Assembly: GCF_009914755.1 (NCBI RefSeq) | Contig: NC_060927.1 | Direction: 5' to 3' (one strand) | From: the human T2T-CHM13v2.0 reference genome, Homo sapiens | Length of the DNA: 64,000 bases | In this document: in pieces, positions 14,781 to 28,709 of the stretch | How positions within the stretch are numbered: the first letter of the stretch is position 1 | Layout: each line of letters begins with the position of its first letter | Notes under the pieces: model-generated | What the model saw: only the letters and a program-made list of their open reading frames with translations | Database searches by the model: none | Told to the model about the DNA's origin: nothing | Translations under genes and position numbers: made by a program

Positions 14781-15879
14781 TACACATGCTTGTGCATAGC
14801 CCAGGCACAAACACAAACCTTGTCTTGCAGCAAAAGGCAAACAGCCAGTCATATACTAATAGGAGACAGAGAATTGAAAATAAAAAGACAGCACGTATAA
14901 TGTCCAAATTGTTTTCTGCTCCCAGAATTGCCTGCTCATTGTGCCTGGGGATGGCAAAGAAAAAAGAAAATTCCCACCCCAGAAGTCATTGTCAATTTGT
15001 GAACCAAAACCTTGCTCAGGTCAGAGGAACTGAAGTGTCACTGAATGACTGCTTTGCCATTGTCCTGAACTAATGTGAAAGAAGAGATCTTCCTTCCTTC
15101 CTTCCTTCCTTCCCATTTAAGTGTCACTCACTAAGCTAGGCAGAGAGGTCATAGGAAGAGCTTCACAGGCAGGCAGGGGAGGCAGACGTAATCATAGCAA
15201 ATGCAAGGACTGCCACAGGATGGGAGCTCTGCGGGCACATGGAGAGCCAGTTACCATCCTACCAAACAGGACAAAGAAGTCTTCATTGGAAATGGCCATT
15301 CTAGCTGAGAATGGAAGATAAGGCAGGAATTTGCCAGACAGAGAAGCAGGAGGAGGCAGAGTATTCCAGGCAGAGGAAGTAGCATGTATAAAAGCACAAG
15401 GCGATATAATTAGATTTCTGTTTGAAGAATTACTTGCCCCTGGTTAACAGATTCAGAGAGAGCTGAAGCAGTAAATGTGAGCAGGTGTTTCATGTGGTGG
15501 AAAGAGCACCGCACCAGCAGTTAGGGCTCCCCAGTCCTAGGATGAGCTGGGCCACTGATGAGCTGAGTGTCCTTGGACAAGCCTCTTAATCTCTCCAACC
15601 TTAGCTCCTCCTGGATAAAATGAAAGGGGTTGATCCACTGGTTTGTAAGCTTCTCCTTGCACATGTATTCTATGATTCTGTCTCTACCTGAAGATACTTC
15701 TTTAAATCCTGCTCTACATTATGCTCTTTACCGTATTTGCACACTTGTTCCTTTCCTTGTGTATAGCACTTTACAGTTTACAAAACTATTTGCCATATAC
15801 TATCCCCTTTGACCTTCACAGCCATGTGAGGGAGACAGCTACACTGAAGACCTAGATAAGCTTGTCCAGTCACTGGCTG

Positions 15880-16850
15880 TAAACCTCTCTGTGCGGATGA
15901 TGCCCAAGTTTGTATCTGCAGCTCCGGCCCTCTCGCTCTCTCTTAAAATCTGGATGTATAGAACCAACTGCCTGCCCCTCCTCTGCATGACCATCTAAGA
16001 GACATCTCTATCTTAACATACCCAACACTTAACTTCTGATTTGTTTTTCCAAGCCAGCTCCTCCCTCAGTCTTCCCCATCCTAGTAAGTAAAAACTCCAT
16101 TCTTCCAGTTCCTCAAGGTCAAAAGCTTGAAGTCATTTCATACCCTCCATTCAGACCATCCATAAATCCTGTCGTCTCTATCTTTGAAATATTTTCAGAA
16201 TCTTACCATTTCTCCCCACCTCTTCTACTTGTGCCCTAGTTCAAACCACTCTCTTCTCTCCCCTGGATGTTTGCTCTGCCATTTCTAACCTTTGTACCTA
16301 CAGTCTGTTCTCCACACGGAAGCTGTCCTAATTCAGATCCTATCACTCCTCTGCTCAAAAACCTTCTATGGCTCCCCAGCTCTCTAGAGAAAAAGCCTTA
16401 GCAGCCCCACAAGGCCTGTCTGACATTATCTGCTAGCGCTCTCCCTATCCTCACTTCTCTCAGGCTTCCCCAGCCTCTCTGCTATTCCTCACACACCCAA
16501 GGCTCTCACCTCAAGGCCTTTGTACTTGATGCTCTCTCTGCCTGGAAAGCTCTTTTGCCAAATGTCCACATAGGTCATTTCCTCACTTCCTTTAATCTCT
16601 GCTCAAATATCAATTCATCAGAGATGTATTACCATCTTTTCAAAAATGACAAATACTTGTCATTATCACCATCTGACATTGTACATATTTATTGTCTGTC
16701 TCCCCTGACCAGAATATAAATTCCACAGGAGCAGAGGCCTTGCCTGCTTTGTTCATCACTATAGCCCCAGCTTACAGAACAGGGCTTGGTTTTTGTTTGT
16801 TTGGTGGTTTCTTTTAAAGGTACAAAATAATGATTTAATAAATGAATGAT
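15880..16850 (+). mobile_element. L2 LINE 3' portion
   Basis: Typical L2 sequence (ccaactgcctg...tcttccccatc...cactcctctgctcaaaa...cctttgtacttg...ctgcctggaa...ttgttcatcactatagcccc) ending in aatgaatga. Confidence 0.8.
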
Positions 16851-17708
16851 TATTATCCTCATTTTACAGATAGGAATCAGGGATGCAATTGGTAATTTTC
16901 AGAGCTAGGCTTGAACTGAGATTTTTCCATATAAATTTTTTTCTCCAATTGCTTATTAGTTAATATTTATATTAGCACTTAAAAACTCTTTAATAGAAAA
17001 TGTATATTATAGTAAAACATGCTAATTGTTTTTCAACCCAGTTAACCACCTGCAGCATTCCAAATCACAACAGAGGGGAGAATTAGCTCTGAAACCCACA
17101 AAAAGTGTTCATCAATCCCACATACACGCAATTTTTCTGGAACCATTTTTGTTCCCTGTGTTACATTTCTAGTTTTTCTTCATACAGTCCTAAGTCAAGG
17201 GTGTGGTGAGAGATTGGGAAGGCAGGCTTTGTAGCTTGGCCTCGGGCTGACACCCAGGGGTAATCACATCTCTCTTCCTGAGCACTCATAAGCACCTCTC
17301 TGCTTTCCTCTTTCCTGCTCAGCTGGCACAGACTGTCAGATTTGGGCTGAGGATAAATCAAGAGGAAGTGAGGTATGGGTTGTGAAGATCAGAGGCATGG
17401 CTGGTTCAGGGATGACACCAGGCTTCCTGGCAGATGAGCAGGATAAAGGGTCAAGTCCAAGGGCTCAACTCCAGGCAAGGAAGACAGTGGCAACTCTTCG
17501 GATGTTTAGACCCAAGGAAGAACATAAGGTGTGGTCACCCTTCTTGAAGGCATTTGAACACTAGAGATCTGTGTCTGTGATTATCTCCCAGGACCAGCGT
17601 GAAGCCACAGAGGTCCTGGATAAGATCAGGACAGGATGGGCGTTGGCCAAGGTCACCTAAAGCAGTGTTCCCAGAAGGAGATCTGTATCCCATTAAAAAA
17701 AGGATCTG

Positions 17709-18219
<511 letters not shown>

Positions 18220-19558
18220 CTAAAATCCTCATAGCAGTGAAATAGTAGGTTGGCCTAATGCCTTATCTAAACGAGGCAACACATACATTAGCAGCACCTT
18301 AGCAGGAGTGGGAGATAAACAGCCATTCCCTTTGAATGATCTATTGAGCACACCTCTGTACCAGGACCATATAAAGCACCTAGAACCCTAGCCCCCGGAG
18401 AGAAGGCATTCAAGACATTGTTATTGATAGAAGGCATGGAGGGATGCAGCAGCAGACGATGCGTGACCGTGGGAGGGCCAGAGAGGCCTTGAATGCCATG
18501 GAATGGGGCTGGAATTTTTCCTATAGTCCAGGCAAGGGAAATAATACAAAGTTTGGGGCAGAAGGCTGATGAAGTGAGAACAGTAGCAGTGGCTAAACTT
18601 GAGTGATGGAGACCAACTAGGAGACTGTTATGACAGCCCCAGCACCTGAGTAGGATCCTGATTGGGGCAGATATGCCAAAAACAATGAAAACCCATTATC
18701 CACACTTATTGCATGAGGTAGTACCCTAAGGGGTCAGAAAGCAGAATAGGGAACTAAGATGGGGAGGAATAAAAAAGAATAAGAGAAACAATACGAGTGA
18801 TCATTAGAGAAAGGGGGAGTGTGAGCCAAGTGAAGTAAGTGAAGTCCTGATGAAGACAACTTTGCCTGAACCCCACCCATTTTGCTTTGTGCTGGCTCTG
18901 CTCTCATCTGGGAAATGAGGGGGATAGAACGTGCCCTTAACACATCCTGGCAATGCTGCAGGTAGCTTGGATCTCAGATGTTAGCCAAGAAGCCCTGATT
19001 TGAGTGGGAGGCAGCAGGCTTCCTCACTTCAATTAAATAAGAATTTTCACACCCCTGTTATTTGCTCAGTTCTGTTCTGAGGCTAGAGAGGACACACACA
19101 GAGGATAAGCAGTGCTTAAGGGATGATCATCTTATTGGGAACGTGAGGTGCAAGCAAGAAGTAAATAGCAGGTAAATGCCAGATTGACTGCTCCAGGCAA
19201 TAAATACTGGAGAAGTTCAGTGGAGAGGGAGTCGCTGAGGCATAGTGTCCAGGAAGGCTTCTTGAAGGAGGTGGGAATTGCCTTGGGTCACAAAGAAAAT
19301 GTGGGCGTGGGCAGATGCAGGTGATGAAACATGCATTTAGTGGAATTCTTTAAGAAAGTAAAGGAGGAGTAGGTATAATGAGGAAAAACCTATAACCCAC
19401 TTAGACTTTTAAAGAGCTTTTGACAAAGTTCTCTAAGAAAGGCTTTTTTGAAAGGTTAAGTCACCATGAAACTTGAGGGGGAGGAAAGAATGATATCTCT
19501 TTTATCAAGAGAATGGCTTAGAGACAGAAAATAAATGGTAGGAACAAATTTAGGCTTC

Positions 19559-19881
19559 AGCCAGGCACAGTGTCTCATGCCTGTAATCCCAGTACTTTGG
19601 GAGGCTGAGACAGGAGGATTGCTTCAGCTCAGGAGTTCAAGACCAGCCTGAGCAACATAGTGAGACCCCGTCACTCTAAAAGAAAATTTTTTTCTTAATT
19701 AGCCAGGCATGGTGGCGCACACCTGTAGTCTTAGCTACTCGGGAGGCTGAGCAGGAGGATCCCTTGGGCCTAGGAGGTCAAGGTGGCAGTGAGCTAAGAT
19801 CCAGCCACTTTGCTCCAGCATAGATGACAGAGCAAGACCCTGTCTCAAAAAAAAAAAAAAAAGAAAAAAAGAAAAAAAAAA
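19559..19881 (+). mobile_element. AluJ-type SINE
   Basis: Alu dimer with target-site duplication aaatttaggcttc on both sides. Confidence 0.92.
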
Positions 19882-19934
19882 TTTAGGCTTCTTTAGATGG
19901 TCCATTGTTAAAATTTTCTCTTCAAGAATCTGTG

Positions 19935-20350
19935 CAATAAATGGATAAACAAAATATGATATAGACATACAATGAAATATTCAGCCTTTAAAATGAATGA
20001 AATTTAACATGTTACAACATGGATGAAACTTGAAGACATGCTAAGTAAAAGAGTCACACACAAAAGGATAAATACTGTATGATTTCACCTTTATGATGTA
20101 TTTAGAGTAGTCAACTCACAGAAACAGAAGGTAGAATGGATGTTGCCAGTGGCTTGAGAAAGGGGTAAAATGGGGGGTTAGGTTTTAATGGGTGCAGAGT
20201 TTCACTTTGGAATGATGAAAAGGTTGTAGAGATAGAGGGTGGTGACGGTGGCCGAATGCAAATGTGCTTAATGCCACTGAACTGTGCACTTCAGGAGCAC
20301 TGAGACAGCACATTTTATGTTAGTGTATTTCACCATAATTAAAAAGGAAA
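19935..20350 (+). mobile_element. L1M (L1MB-like) 3' UTR fragment
   Basis: aatggataaacaaaat...tacaacatggatgaaacttgaagacatgctaagt...aatgccactgaactgtgcactt. Confidence 0.8.
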
Positions 20351-23300
20351 AAATACATATGTGGAACGGCCCAGTTTATGTATTAAAAAGTAAATATTTT
20401 TAAAATAAGTTAACATGATACATTTTATGTTGTTTATATTTTACCACAACAACAGCAAAAAAAAAAAAAAAAAAAGAGTGTATGCCAAGACTGGTATAAT
20501 TTAACATCTTTATACGTGTTCGGGAGGGGAAGGTCACATGACAAATCTTTCCCTTGCAGATGGCTCCAACTATAATCCTCCAGGTACAGTGGCAAGAAAC
20601 TGACAGGCTTTGACAGGAGGAGGCACCAGAGCATTGGTCTTTGACCCTGGATGGACATTAGAATCATCTCCGGGAGCTTTTGAAGATATCCCCAGAGAAT
20701 CTGATTTAACTGCCCTGAGTGAGGCCCTGGGAATTAGTGTTTTTTTTCAAAGCTCCCGGGTGATTCCAATCCACAGCCAGGGTCGACTGGTTAGAGCATC
20801 AAGGCTGAAAATCTCAGACTCCCTGAGTTTGAGTCTAGGCTGTGTCGTTTGCCAGCTGTGTGATGATCAGGTTACTTAATCTGTCTGTTTCTCAATATCC
20901 TTGTCTTCAACATTGTGTAATAATAGTCCTTACCTCATAGGGTTGCAGAGAGAATTAAAAGAGATACTGTAAGGAGAACATTTAATACAGTGCCTAGGGC
21001 ATTGTATGAGCTCACTAAATGTTAGTTATCATTACCCACCGAGTTTGTATAATTTGGCAAGAAAAGGGGCAGATAAATTTAACGTGGCATGTGCAGATAC
21101 GTTTAAAAATAAAATCCAAACTCTGTGACTAACATCTCTGTCAAAAGTCAGGAGAGGGCCTTTGGAAGAATTTTCCCTTCCAATACATGAGTTGAAAGTC
21201 CTGCTTTGCTCCAAAAGCCAAGAAAACACGTCAGGCATCAGCGAGGGGAGGAGGTGGCTGAAAATAACTGAGCCCCCACCCCCTCATTTCTTTAAACATG
21301 ATACATCCACCTCTCACTGATTTGTGCTGGGTTCTAGTCACTGAACCTCTGATGTTCAGATACTGGAGAAGGAACGGAAGAGAATAACTCAAGGCTGCCG
21401 AGGGAAGACAGGCCAGAAAGGGTTAGAACCCTCCAGACTGGAAAAGGACACAATGGCAATCAGTAAACTCATCAATAACCAGAAGATCAACAAGGACTTA
21501 TTCAACCCAAATACTCGCTGGAGGGGAAGATGAGAGAGGAATAGTTAGAGCAAATAAAAGGAATAGGTAATAAAATTGTGGAACAATTTACTCCAAGATG
21601 TAGTACATGAGGGAAATAGAAATGAATTCACAAAGCATCTGGACAAACTAATGTCAGAGATGTAAATGGATGCCCAGGGAAGCTGACATACGCTCACCTT
21701 GAAAGTCTGCATCAGGGAAGGTAGTGGGCATGTCCCTCCCAACAATGGAGAGACCATGGTCTGACCAGCATGTGCATTCTGATGTGTTTAGTGTCCCTAA
21801 GGAGGAATTTGCCAAAGAGTCAGGAATGGAAAAGAGTGTGCTGTGTTCTAGGGACAGTGAAAAAATTGGATTGGCTACAGTGAAAGGGCCAAGGACATGA
21901 GGGGGATTCGTCAGGATAGGTAAGGCTGGATCAGATTATCAACAGTACCCAGAACCAGTGAAATCAGCCCAAGAATCACAGAATATTGTAGCTCCTCTAG
22001 TCCAACACCTCCCTTCAAAAGATGAAAAAGTAGAGCTCAAGGGGATACATTCACTTGTCCAACATCTTACAATGTGTTGACAGCAGAGCAGAGATGGGAA
22101 CCCTGTAGCTCTTCTATAATACCGTATGGTGGACTGGGTCTGGGACTTTGGAGAAAGACTTACCAAATCAATGACCTTGAGAAAGAGCGTTATCTCCTCT
22201 GAGCCCCAATGTGAAATAACTTAACCCACTCCAGGCCACATTAGCCTGGGGATACAAGTAAAGACTTGGCAAAAGTCCCAAAGCTGTTTCTCCAGCTCCA
22301 CCCTCTTAACTTGGAAATTGCAGCTTTCCCCCATTTTTTCCTGGTAAGTCCTTGCAAGCCCCAGCACATGCCTCAGTCGAGTCCAGGGCCCGAGTCCTGT
22401 CAGCTGCCCTTGCTCTGCCCCTCCTTCTTGCCTTGGCTGTTTGGGTCAATGTCCCTAGACTCTACTGATGTCTCATTTTAAGTCCCCTCCTAGTGTCCAA
22501 GAACATCTCCAAGTTAAGTTTCCTGATGCTTGTGAAGAGGGATTGTTTTGCAGGTTGTAGAAAACACTGGCCTCGACTTTTCTCTCACTCTCCTTTGAAA
22601 ATGGAACTGGAGCAACTTTTGGTGTTTCTTGGCTCTGCACTGCAGCTGTCGTGCCTTAGGACTGTCTGGTCCAGAGGACAAGCCGAGCGATACACTCGCC
22701 CTTGCTGCACTCAGAACTCTTCCTCTCCTCCAAAACTGGCTCACCGCCCTTGAATTTCTCACCATTGTGTCTCTAGCACAGTGCTGGGTACATTATAGAT
22801 GCTCAATAAATATTTGTTGAACGAATTAACAAATTCTTCTCTTCCAGGTGGATTCTCTCTTCAAGCTTAGAAAACTAATTTTTTTCACAGGAGACTCAAA
22901 CCAATCTCTGCATTTTTGTCCACCCATTTCCCCCTGCAGTCTTATGGATAGGCTTGTTTGAACCTTAGGGTAAATATGGCTTTGGCTCCAGCTAGGAATT
23001 TGGGATGCATGCAGTGAGACAATGTAGACAAACAGGTCCAGCAGAAAACCTGGGATATCACAGATAACCCAACACCATTATTCCTTTTCTTTCTTTTGCC
23101 TAACTAGGATTACTGACTCAGAAGGGGGAAAAACATCAAAGGCTTCACACAAAGAAATCTATTCAAAATGAAAGCAATTTGGAGACAGGAAAATTATGGT
23201 GTATCCACATCTGGCATAATGTGGGTAGTTCTAGTCATTTAACTTTAAAAAGGCTATGCTCGTGTTATTTATTACAATTTTAATTTAGACCTCATCTATT

Positions 23301-25360
23301 TCCAAAAAGGATTCAAGGCAAGTAAAAAGGTTAAAAAATAAACAAACACTTACATAGAACAAAAGAAGGAAATGAAAAATAAACACATGAACCAGTTGGT
23401 TGGGTTCATGCGATTCAAGAGTGGAGAGAGTGCAAAGTGGAGCTGGATGGAAGCCGAGATTGTCCATGGGTGCAGGGCAACAGGTCCCAGGTGCAGGTGG
23501 AGGACAGAGATGGCTGGCAGTGGATGAACAATCACAGGTCAGCAAGTTTGGGATGGAGACCAAAGGTGTACATCTATGGAAGTTCCTCAGGGAGGGGAAA
23601 GTTCCCAGTGTTTCTTTGAACAATCTGAGAAGAAAGTAGAAACCTGGTTAAAAGGGATCAAAAGAGGCATGTTGGTAGATTTCAACTTGGAAATGAAAAA
23701 ATAGCACTGCTTTGGAGGAGGCAATGTGTACTGATGCAACAGAATGATATTTGAGATGATAACCACATTGTTCTTTTCTTCTCTTTTTCCTCTTCTCCAT
23801 CTCATTCTGGCCATAAGGCAAAGGGAGAGAAAGCCCTTATCCCCTGGGCTTTCTAGGCCTTGAGAGTGACATGAGAGGGTGAGTCAGGTTCTTATGAGTG
23901 GGTCAAGGAAGTTAACTGAGAGAGAGAAAGAGCCCTAGGAGGGGATCTCTGTTGGGATGAGGGGTCACGCAGCAGAGGGATGTGGTGTGGACTGTCCCCA
24001 CAGTGAATCTGATTGGGATGTGATTACAACTCAGGGATCCCCAGCACCAGGACAGTGCAGTCTCTGTTTGAGCAGGACTGTTTATTACCCCAGCCAAGCC
24101 CAACTATGAGGCCCGCAGAAACTGCAAACAGACACCACTATCCACCTCAGAAGCACACTGCTACTAGGGGACCACTTAGGGAATCCCACCTTTCTCCAGG
24201 AGCTCAGAAAAGTGGAAATCATCCTGAATAGACTAAGTTTTAAATTAAAAAAAGACTGAGAAATACTGAAGTTTATTGATTGTACTTGAAAGTCACTAGA
24301 ATAAATTTCTTGCATCAAGCAGAATACGGGCTTGGGGTCAGAAATTAACTTGAGTTATAAGAAAATGAAGTTACACGTTTCCACACCTGAGTCTTTTGAT
24401 GTGAAATTTGCAGCTACTATTCTGATTTGTATTGTTGTTGTTGCTAGAGTAACACCTCAATTAACCAGAGAGTATCCTTCCATGAGCTTTAAGCTCCAGG
24501 AATAGCCCCAAAATGGATATGAAGGCTATTTCTAGTGCCCTGGACATGGAGTGACAATGAAAACAGTAAAAGAAGAAAAGGTCTGCAGAGCTAACCTGAG
24601 ACTGGTTGATTTGTATGCCAGAAATCCTCATACTGTCTTCTCTCTTCCACCACGACTGAGTTGTATGACCTCCAGGTCATTTAATGTCTCTGAGAACAGT
24701 AACTGTGGAGGGGGAATTGTGAGCATGCCTAGGACACCATGATGTGCTCTTTGTGTGCAGCCCATAATTTCCCTATTAGATGGTTATCTCCTGAGGGTCC
24801 CTCCAAGTCGTATTTGTCTCTCAGCCCCTCACATAGTGTTTGGCATATGCTAAGTGTTCACTATTTGTGTGTTGAACTCAAACCGAACAGGTTGACAACA
24901 GCTAGTGAGGTCAAAGTGCTCCCTGGGAAAATGAAGAAGAAGAAGGATAAGGAGGAAGTGGAAAAGAAAAGAAAAAGGAAAGGAAAGGAAAGAAAAGAAG
25001 AGGAGGACACAGAGTAAAGTAGAATGAACAGAGCGGGAATGTTGAAAAAGTCAGGCAGGAGCACGCCAGAGCCAGATCCACTAGCTGCGTGACCTTGGGC
25101 AAGCGAGTTTATCAATCTGGACCTCATCTGTCAAGTGGGAATAATAACAGTACCTACTGCATAGTGTCTATGTGAGGATTAGATGAGTTGGCTTAAGTAA
25201 AGTACCTAGTGCGTAATAAGAGTTGTGTATTAATTATTTCTACTATTAGACACAGAAAGGGCATATGAAAATGTGTACTCTCACTAGTAATTAAAGAAAT
25301 GCAAATGAAAACAAAATACTATTGTCATCTATTGGCAAAGGTTTTTAAAACTTATTTACA

Positions 25361-25663
25361 GGCCAGGTGTGGTGGCTCATGCCTGTAATCTCAGTACTTT
25401 GGGAGGCTGAAGGGGATGAATGGATTGAGCCTAGGAGTTTGAGACCACCCTTGGCAACATGGCAAGACCCCGTCTCTACAAAAATTACTAAAATTCACTG
25501 GGCATGGTGGCGGGCACCTGTAGTCCCAGCTACTGGGGAGTTGTGGGGGTGCTCAGGCATGAGGATTGCTTGAGCCTAGGATGTCAAGGCTGCCGTGAGC
25601 CATGATCGTGCCACTGCTCTCCAGCCTGGGTGACAGAGCAAGACCTTGTATCAAAAAAAAAAA
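25361..25663 (+). mobile_element. AluJ-type SINE
   Basis: Alu dimer with a small insertion in the right arm and a poly-A tail. Confidence 0.9.
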
Positions 25664-27511
25664 ATTGCAATTCTTGAACCCTTCATGTTGTTGAACCCAA
25701 GGAATTGAGGGTATGGCAGTTGGGGAGAGGATTATCTTAAGACAATTTCCTTGGAGAGCGTTGTGCCGAGAATCACACACACCCCATCAGAGCTATGCCA
25801 ATCCCTCAGCTAAAGCCGTGTGAAGGGGGATACAACGGGATCATTCAGAAAACTAACTATGTGACCCTTGCTGTCAGAGGCCAGGAGCACAGGAGACTAG
25901 TGTCTGTCATCTGCTTCATGAAACCTAGAAGGCAAGAGAGGTGGGCTACTTGGGAAGCTGAGAGCAAAAGGGTTGTGGTCAAAAAGACACAGCAGAGGAG
26001 TCTCAAAAAAATCCATGAAGGTGCCCAGAGACAAAGAGTCAGCTTTAAAGCTCTGCTCTGCTATGAGAACACAAGGACATTTGATGACAATACCAGTGAA
26101 ATACAAACTTTCTTGTCCTTGTTCCCATGTCTTCCACCCTCGCTGTGACCAGGGAGGGATGAGAGGGACAGAAAAGCTGACCACTCCCATGACCAAAGGC
26201 AGACAGTCTGCCTGCAACTGATCCCTGATCCCAGGTAGGGAACTGGGGAGGAGTCTTATCCTTGAACGAAAATTAAAGTGGTAATAAAATTAACATTCTG
26301 TTACTGAATTCCAGATTGTGTTTGCATCTTAAAGTGACCATGGCCTGTTTTACTATCTAGAAGTAAGTAGAGTTTACAGTCGGGGTAGAGTTTACAGTCA
26401 GAGGGTAGGTTTCCTCCACCAAGTAGATTTAAAGAGACATGGGAAGCAAAACAAGAAAAGTTATTTTATTGTTACATTCTATGAATCCTGTTTGCTCCAT
26501 GTGCTGCTTCTGTGTTGTTTTCAGGCAGTGCTCATTGTTGCTTTGGGTGTCTGTATTTGCTTGCCCAGCATCCAGCCCCAAATGCTGATTTCCTGATGAG
26601 GAAAGACTCCTCCCCCAGTTTTGCAGTTTTGATAGGCACTTTAATAAAAGTGCCCCAGCTGCCTCTGGCTAACAGAAGGGCCCGTAGCCAAGCGCAGCCA
26701 ATTGGATGTTCTCTCCAGACTCTTGAATCTGAGGGCAGGATTGGCATGCAGGAGTGAATTCATCCCAGCAACTAGCCGTAATTAGTTCCTGTGCCCAGAT
26801 CCCTGGATCTTCCCTTGATTCTATGGACTACCCTGTGTCCGCCAAATAAATTATTTTTCCTTATAAATTAACCACGGTCGATTTCTGCTACATGCGATGG
26901 AAAGATTTTAAGTGTCAAACTGGAGGGGAAACGCGGCAAAAAAAGAGCTTGCAATGAGTGTCATCCTATGAGAGGGATTCCCAAGTTCCTCTAATGAAAA
27001 TGTCAAAGAGCACATCTCAGCTTTTGTGGAATGTAGACAGTTATGAGAGATGGCAGGTAGATAGATGAGTGCACATAGATAGATAGGTAGACAGTCACAC
27101 ATATAGGTATATATGGATAAAACTTTTATTTCAATTATCATATAGTCATCCTCCCTCTGGCCCAGTGCTAACTGAAAAAGCAAATGGATTTAAACAAGCA
27201 AGTGTGGTTGATGGAGTCATGTGTTTTCTGAAGGGCTGCCTTGGCATTTCAAAATGAGACACAGAATTAGATTATATCAAGTTAGGGAAAAGGAATCACT
27301 TCGTCATGAAGTTGTAGACCAATTTTCGGGCTTTTTCAAGGAAATCTTTTCTGAATACTGTCTTTCTAGAGCACTTTTATAGTTTTTCTGAAACCAGTTT
27401 GTTATTATGTGAGGCTTAATGATGTCTATCTCAGTAGGTATCAGTGAATCAAATGTCCTGGGGTTTAAGCAGAATAAAATAGATTAAAATCAAGAAATGT
27501 GTAGTGAACCC

Positions 27512-28352
<841 letters not shown>

Positions 28353-28394
28353 TTTGAAAGCTCTTTCCCACCAGGAGTTTACAATCTTTTTTAG

Positions 28395-28709
<315 letters not shown>

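Larger units (their letters stand above)
19390..21760 (+). mobile_element. Fragmented CR1/L3 LINE (reverse transcriptase to 3' end)
   Basis: HLDF*RAFDKV (19398-19430), FNIFI (20500-20514), KFNV (~21075) and FTKHLDKLM (21627-21653) occur in CR1 ORF2 order. Confidence 0.75.

Noticed and set aside
24042-24058. REST/RE1-like CAGCACC-A-GGACAGTGC
   Set aside because: The half-sites are separated by 1 nt instead of the canonical 2, so it is not supported without ChIP data.
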